Below are positions 57,666 through 64,000 of a stretch of DNA of 64,000 bases, piece by piece. Under the pieces are notes generated by a model. That model was given only the letters and a program-made list of their open reading frames with translations, searched no databases and was not told the origin of the DNA. Location: assembly GCA_002269645.1 (NCBI GenBank), contig NIVC01001672.1, positions 53,162-117,161 on the forward strand, read 5' to 3'. The DNA is from Macrostomum lignano (taxonomy: Eukaryota). The position numbers and the translations under genes are program-made. How positions within the stretch are numbered: position 1 is the first letter of the stretch; every line of letters begins with the position of its first letter.

Positions 57666-58979
57666 TCTCTGATGGCTCTTGTGTAGCTTGGGCAGCGGTA
57701 GTAGGTTAGCAAAGCTGCAATAGCAAAACGCATAACTTTTATAGAGGCATATCGGCTCATTAAAGTGCAGGATTTCGGATCATGGGGTCAATTCAATTTG
57801 TTTCCTTGCAAACTGTAAAAATAGCCATATACTAAATTTTCCCATGGCCTATTCACATCCATATCGAATTAATTTCCCATCACATTCCCTAACTTAACTC
57901 AGATGCCAACAGTTCCTTCATCATTCACTATAATATAGTGGGGAAGTTAAGAACGACAGCAATAGTTAAACCTGTCACTTTATTAAATGTGTCTCATTTT
58001 CATATTAACTTTAGCCCCCACCACCCCAACCACACATGGTGCATGTGGTATTGAAAATCTCTGTTGCTATAGTCCTTAATCCCCAGGGACATAAGAGCTA
58101 CCCTTGTATTGAAAGTAAGAATATTCAACTAAACTTGAGCCCAAAGCACATGATATGCAAGTGGCTTAAGATATCTCTGCTACCTGAGTTCATGACCCAG
58201 TGGCTATAGAAGGAAAAGTGTCAAAATGCATACTTTAGGATGCACTACTCAAAAACGCAGCTCCCTAGTCTTTGCCCCTCCCTCCTAATAATGTTAATTT
58301 TGACATTTTGACATTTTTAATGGAGATTGAATTCAAATATTATAACCACAGAATATCGTGACTATAACTATAAGCAACATAGATCCTACATAGATAGATT
58401 TAAAAAAAATTCCTATATATATTTACATACATGCCCAACCTCAAAATTTCACCCATCTAGTGCAAGTTAGTTTAATCTAGATTTATGACTTAGTTCCCTC
58501 AATTGCAACTTAATTTTCACTTTGTATGACTTTTCTTGCCTTTTTCTATTTTAATCTTTCTTTTTCTCTCTCTCTTCTCCCTCTTTTTTTCTCTTCCTCT
58601 CCTTTCTTCTACCATTTTTTGTTTTTTTGCATTTTGGATTTAGCAACTTACCCTGGCTGGTGGCCATTTCACCTGTCCAGTTTATAGGTCAGACAGGTGT
58701 TGGGCATGTATGTATATTTGCCTTTCAATGATTTTACCTATATCTATAATGTTGTATTTTAAAATGCCTAATATAACTTGCCTTTCTAAACTTTTCTCTA
58801 GATTTATGCCTAGGTATAAACTATTAACTAAAGATATTATAATATTTTAGTCAATTATAAATTTTATACTTTGAGTTGAGTTAGCAAGATTCTATATAGA
58901 AGAAGAGATTATATAGGCATAGTTTTTTACTTTAGTTTAAAAAAATTATTGCTAACAAAGACTAATAGTTATCATAGTC

Positions 58980-60200
58980 AAGAAAGTTATACCACATTGC
59001 TAATTATGTTAGGCATACAATAGAACAAAAATGAAGGCCTGAAAAATTACTAGTATACTAAATAACAATTAGCTTTGTTTATGGCAAGGCAACCTTATTT
59101 ATATAACTTATATTTAAATAACCAAGAATAAACTTAAAAACTATTAAAAATGGGTATGAAGCTATAAAAATTTAACTTAAAGTAAAAATAAACTTTTCCT
59201 ATAATATAAATTATATGTCTAATACAAATGATAATTCAATTTAGCTCTTTAAGAGCTTTGATATTCTCATTTATTACCACTTATTAATATTATATTGATT
59301 AATATAACATAATGAACTAGATATATATGTATGCTAAGATATACCATAGTTCAGATTGTGTATTAATGTATGCCAGGTCTGGTAGAAGAAAAAATACAAG
59401 ACCCATTTATATGCTAAGACTTAAAAATGTTTTTTAACTATGTACACCAAAGTTATATGCTTTTTTATTCTTAGAATTCATTATTCCTACAGAAAAAAGA
59501 GGCAATTATAAAAGAAGTACTCAATACTTTTTGCTAAAGATAAGGGAAAAAAGTTTTTAGGGTACATAGTTTAATTTTTTTATTAAGGCCTACTCTATGT
59601 TCTATGTCTGATGGTGTTGAATGTAAAGTATTTTATATAAAGTCACTTTAATTGATCCTAACAATAATATGTACACAGGCATACAATAGATATAAGCCAA
59701 AAATTTTCCACTATCATCTTCTAAACTATGGAAAATATATAGTATTTTTTAATCTATTTATGCTAAATATGCTAGACTAAATGCCAGTATTACATGCAAA
59801 CTAAGTGTATACCAAAGTAATTGCCATTAATGGCAATGAAGCTTAATATATGCTAGAAATCTTTTGGCATTTTAGCAGGATTAGCAATATAAATCATAAG
59901 GTGCCAGTCCTTTTGTCAACTGACAGTTTGTCTACTGAGCAGACAAAAAGTTTTTCTTTCAAAAACTATATATTTGCAAGGAAATGGAGGCTAGAGGATA
60001 TGGAGTAGGGTGGGGAGCTGCCCAACCCACAACTTCTTCATTAACCTCTTTATACTTCTTTTGTCTTATGCCTAAACCATATATTTGGTGCTGCCATTGA
60101 CTGCAATTATCACATTGCAAAGCTTGCTATCGAGTGCTCACACATTTTCTACAAATGACACAGATCAATGTCTTGCATCTAAGAAATTTTGAATGAGAAT
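58980..60200 (-). pseudogene. Heavily mutated PHD-finger plus MULE (Mutator) transposase relic inside a CpG-free block (~57960-61945)
   Basis: Manual minus translation: CVICRKCVSTR*QALQCDNCSQWQHQIYGLGIRQKKYKE (60162-~60040; PHD pattern) and, in the same frame, *LPLFSVGIMNSKNKKAY (59508-59455; MULE Q.PL...LM..K....Y motif). A WHN-like remnant lies near 58990. Confidence 0.55.
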
Positions 60201-61346
60201 TGTTCTATCTGATAATATTTTTATCTTTATCAAAGTTTTAACAGTTTCTGTTCTACTGTTTTCAGTTAAGCTTTATTATTTTAGGTATATATTATAAAAT
60301 AGTTTGTTAAAATGATGAAAGAACCCTATATGCAACACTTTATAACAATGTTAATGGACAGAGAGGAATTGTTAAGTAGCTCCCTAGTCCCCCCTACTCC
60401 TTATCCCTACCCTATTTCCTAGCAGATAAACTGTTGGCAAACAAATTAGAAAACTAAATCATAGTAAATATTATAACTATGAGTATAATAGTTTTTTTTG
60501 ATAGGCATGTCATAGTTTGAACAAAGCTATTGGCACTTTGGCATTAATGTTTAAGCAGCATAGAGTAGGGAGTCCAGTGAGATTTTAAATTTTTCTAATT
60601 TGTCTTCTGTTTTGATACTATGTGATAGACATTTAAAATATATGAGTAAAATGACACCTTACTTTTGAATTTTGGACAAGTTTTAATATGACACTTTTAG
60701 TGTCATATTTTTTTATAATTCCATAATGCAATTTTCTTACAAGGCACTGTGATCATTTTCCTCAAAAGGTCTGATTTTCTAAGTTATAGATGACATAACT
60801 TTTGAACTATTCAGTGGATTTTCATTCTTCATATGTCATTATTAGCATTTTTCTTATAGATTATTTTGCATTAGTGCTTTGCAAAATACAACTATTCATT
60901 TTTTTATTCTGAAAAAATGTGCTATAAATAGAATTTTAATCATTCAACTATAATTATGCCACTTTTGTCTTTATATAGATCATCTAGATACAATACTAAG
61001 CTGATCCAGCTAGCTAGCAAGGGGTCCAACCAAGGTAAGCTGCAAAAATGCCAATTCAAAAAATTCCAAAAGTAGTACTAATTAGCTGACAAGGCATTTA
61101 GCTATTATAATACAGATATAATTATCCTGCTGTTTACCCAAACATTACATTAACTTTGCTTATGTTTCTTTCATAGTTAAGTTGCTTTTTTGATCAAAAA
61201 GTAAACTGTACAGCTAGTGTATTCATATATATACATGCTTATATACAAATATAATGTCCAATGCAATGAAACTTAGTACTAAAATCAAAATCAACTTGAC
61301 TAATAAGATGATGTGATTTCTTATAAAACAATAGTAATAGTTATTC

Positions 61347-61633
61347 CCATACATGCGCAACCTCCAAAATTCGGTCGGCCATGCGACTTAGTTTTAACAA
61401 AAATGCGACATAGTTTTTGGCCAAAATGCGACTTACATGTAAAAAAACCCTAATGCAAAATAACGCAACTTTGGGTAAACGGCAGGAGTAACTATGACTG
61501 TCTTATTAACTCAAAATGCCTCATCAGCTACTTAGAACTACTAATTTAGGTGGGCATTTTTGCGACTTCCTTGGTTGGCCGCCAAATTGGTCGGCCAGAT
61601 TGGCCGACTCGGCCGACTGTTGCGCATGTATGG
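61347..61633. mobile_element. 287 bp MITE with perfect 15-bp TIRs (CCATACATGCGCAAC) and 6-bp TSD TTATTC
   Basis: TIRs at 61347-61361 and 61619-61633; TSD at 61341-61346 and 61634-61639; subterminal GGCCGAC and TGCGAC repeats. Confidence 0.88.
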
Positions 61634-62255
61634 TTATTCCTGCTATTTACCCAAACATTGGTGCCATTATAGAGTTGTAGGAAGAGCTAGCAATGAGATC
61701 ATTGTTTTGTCCTGTTTATATGCTATTTCAGATAATATATCAGAAGATAAAAATACCATTGATGCATATTTGAAAATGCATAAATTTTTCTACTTTCAAT
61801 GGAAGTGCACATGTATTTTGGCTCCAACTTTGAATCAATATTGTAAATGCAAGAATACATATAAATAAGCAGTTTTCTATATTGGAAACTATGTTGTATG
61901 TGGCTAGCAGGCTAGTATAATAGAAAGCATCATTAAAAAGTTTTTTCGAAGGACAAAAACTCAAAAACAAAATTTTGCTTGCTTCTTATAGCCTACGGAT
62001 AGATAAAAAGTTCTTAATTTATTTTTCAGTTTTTTTGTAGTCAAATATGTTTATATTCCATTGTGTTTAGGCTACTACCTACACATAAGTATATATAAGT
62101 ATACATTTCTTGGAGTCTGGAGAGAAATGGTAAGATCCTAAGGCTTAAGCCTTAAGGTAGAATTGCTAAGATGTCAAGGCTTGAAAGAATTGCTACAGTG
62201 CTATTACTCTTAGAAAGAATTAATAAGAAATCAAGGTAGAAAAGAGGGATTGCTA

Positions 62256-62623
62256 CAGGGTTTGTTTGTGCACAGAGTGTGCATATGCACCCTAAATTTT
62301 AAAATCGTACCCTGAAATTAAAAAAGTAGGTGTGGTTTTGGTTTAGGTGTGGTCTTATAACCATTTTTCTTTAAAGGCTTAACCATGCTTAAGCTATTTT
62401 TCATGCACTGCCTTAAAATATGAAACAAAATAACTCTTTAAATCCTATTAAGTCATATAGGCGATATAGCCTATGGCTATAGCCTTATGTAAGATATTAA
62501 AATATACATTCCCAGTTGTCTGAAACAAGACTCAAGAGAAATTGCACTCTGAGCCTTAAAATCGCACCTTGAAATTTGGCACAAGGTGCGATTTCGCACC
62601 TTGTCTCTGGCGAAAAAACCCAG
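62256..62623. mobile_element. 368 bp hAT-type MITE with perfect 8-bp TSD GATTGCTA
   Basis: Starts CAGGGTTTGTT, ends AAAAAACCCAG. TSD at 62248-62255 and 62624-62631; internal GCACC/GGTGC motifs. Confidence 0.82.
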
Positions 62624-63235
62624 GATTGCTAAGATTTCAAGGCTAATAGAGAAAATTGAGATATTAAAGCATATGGGGGAATCGCTAAGAGGTCAAGGCT
62701 TAAGAAAATAATTACTGAGATGTCAAGGCTAAATTAGTTAAGATAAATTAGTTGACTCGTGAAGTTTAAAGTAAAGTGTTTCAGATCCTGAAACGAAATA
62801 AATATAAGCCTAAACATATAATACATATAGGATTAAATCAAGACGTACAATTGTACAAGCCTTGTCGATATCTATCTTAAATTCAAAGAAAATAATGGCA
62901 AAACTTGGACAATAGTTCTTTGAACAGCAACAAATAAATTCCTAGAATGCTAAATTAAACATAGGACTTGATATATTTAAAACAAATTATCCATCAAACG
63001 GTTTCTAATGCTTTTGACTTGACGCAAAAAACATAAATGATTTTATGATTTTTATTCAAAGCTTTAATATATTATTTAGTTCAGTAAAGTTTCTACATCG
63101 GCTACTTGAGAATGACTACTTTAATATTTCGCATAAGTGAGATTGAACACAAGGTGAACACATTTCAAGGAATCAAGCAGAATGAAATAGAAAGATGAAT
63201 GAGTCCCGTGACAGCAGTATAGATGACACAAGTAT

Positions 63236-63602
63236 TTTTTTATTAGAGGCAGGGGGTTGTGTGCACCAGCTGGCGCACTTTAAGCGACATTGGCACACAA
63301 CCGGCGAGAGGCATTACTGCCCATTCCGCCGACTCCCCTGAGCAGGCATACAAGCGCGCGGATACGTACGCAGGCACACACTCGCACAGGAGTGTACAGT
63401 GGCCCTAACTTTATATTATCGTTAGGCATGTACACTTCACTGCGCCTTGGGGGGTTGGCTCTCAAGGCCGTTAATTGCACGAGCAGAGCCAAGCCAAGAT
63501 TCCAATTCAGCCCCAAATTAGTGACTGCACTTGGAATCGAGCCTGGGTCGCTGGCACACCAGAGCAGCTGCGCTACCGCTGGGCTACGGCCCCCCTTATG
63601 AC
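63236..63602 (-). mobile_element. Full-length tRNA-derived SINE with 13-bp TSD ATGACACAAGTAT
   Basis: Head GGGGCCGTAGCCCAGCGGTAGCGC (A box) ... GGCTCGATTCC (B box); A-rich tail TAATAAAAAAA. TSD at 63223-63235 and 63603-63615. Confidence 0.88.
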
Positions 63603-64000
63603 ATGACACAAGTATACAGTTAGTCCAAAAAACAAGTCCCGAAGTCTCTACTCGCAAAGCGTTTACTTCCCAGGTTCGCACCCTTTCGCACCTGCAGGTT
63701 CCACCCCGCTAATCATGTCGAAATCAAGTTGAACTACGTGTATCGACGCGAAAATTTTACTTTAAAATGATACAGCCTCATCGACGTCGTTTCAGCACGC
63801 TCAAACTGATCGAAGCGCGGCAAGGTTGAGGTTGAGTCCCAGCGGTACTTTCAACACCGCAACTGTCTGTCTGCCGAGGCGACTCAAACGGATTCCGTGC
63901 TTCATGCTCTCTGTTGCTTTAGTGTCCCGGAGTTTCGGAGAAATTCGATAAGCCGGCGATTAGCCGACGACTCGGTCGGCATCGCGCCGTTGGCGTTTGT

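Noticed and set aside
59200-59990. Tyrosine-recombinase (Crypton/DIRS) reading of the decayed block (FACNTGI*SS)
   Set aside because: An alternative frame gives better, mutually consistent PHD and MULE motifs; no HxxR or catalytic Tyr box was found.
63900-64000. Possible last exon of a minus-strand gene (…RRLIEFLRNSGTLKQQRA*)
   Set aside because: Too short and cut by the window edge; no identifiable homology.

Overview
Animal (eukaryotic) genomic DNA with GT-AG introns, saturated with tandem repeats and transposons. The repeat load and retroelement types suggest a Macrostomum-like flatworm; this is inference, not a database result. I could reconstruct four spliced host genes exon by exon: an SLC34/NaPi-II phosphate transporter (minus, one 1-nt frameshift), a syntaxin-6-like gene with a shortened SNARE region (minus), fascin (plus) and LRSAM1 (minus). 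A fifth, intronless ORF encodes a Myb/SANT-like segment fused to a tankyrase-type PARP catalytic domain (H-Y-E triad). It lies between clusters of the same motif that builds the adjacent ~15-kb higher-order satellite. Mobile DNA includes a dead Harbinger transposase, three RTE-type LINEs (one with an intact APE-RT ORF), a Gypsy integrase/LTR remnant, tRNA-derived SINEs (one CORE-type), three MITEs, a Penelope-type minimal hammerhead ribozyme, and a ~4-kb almost CpG-free block holding a hypermutated PHD-MULE transposase relic. The best novelty candidates are the satellite-linked Myb-PARP cassette and the RIP-like hypermutated MULE block. Most ORFs in the supplied track over 9-26 kb, 35-37 kb, 39.7-40.1 kb, 46 kb and 52-55 kb are artefacts of repeats.
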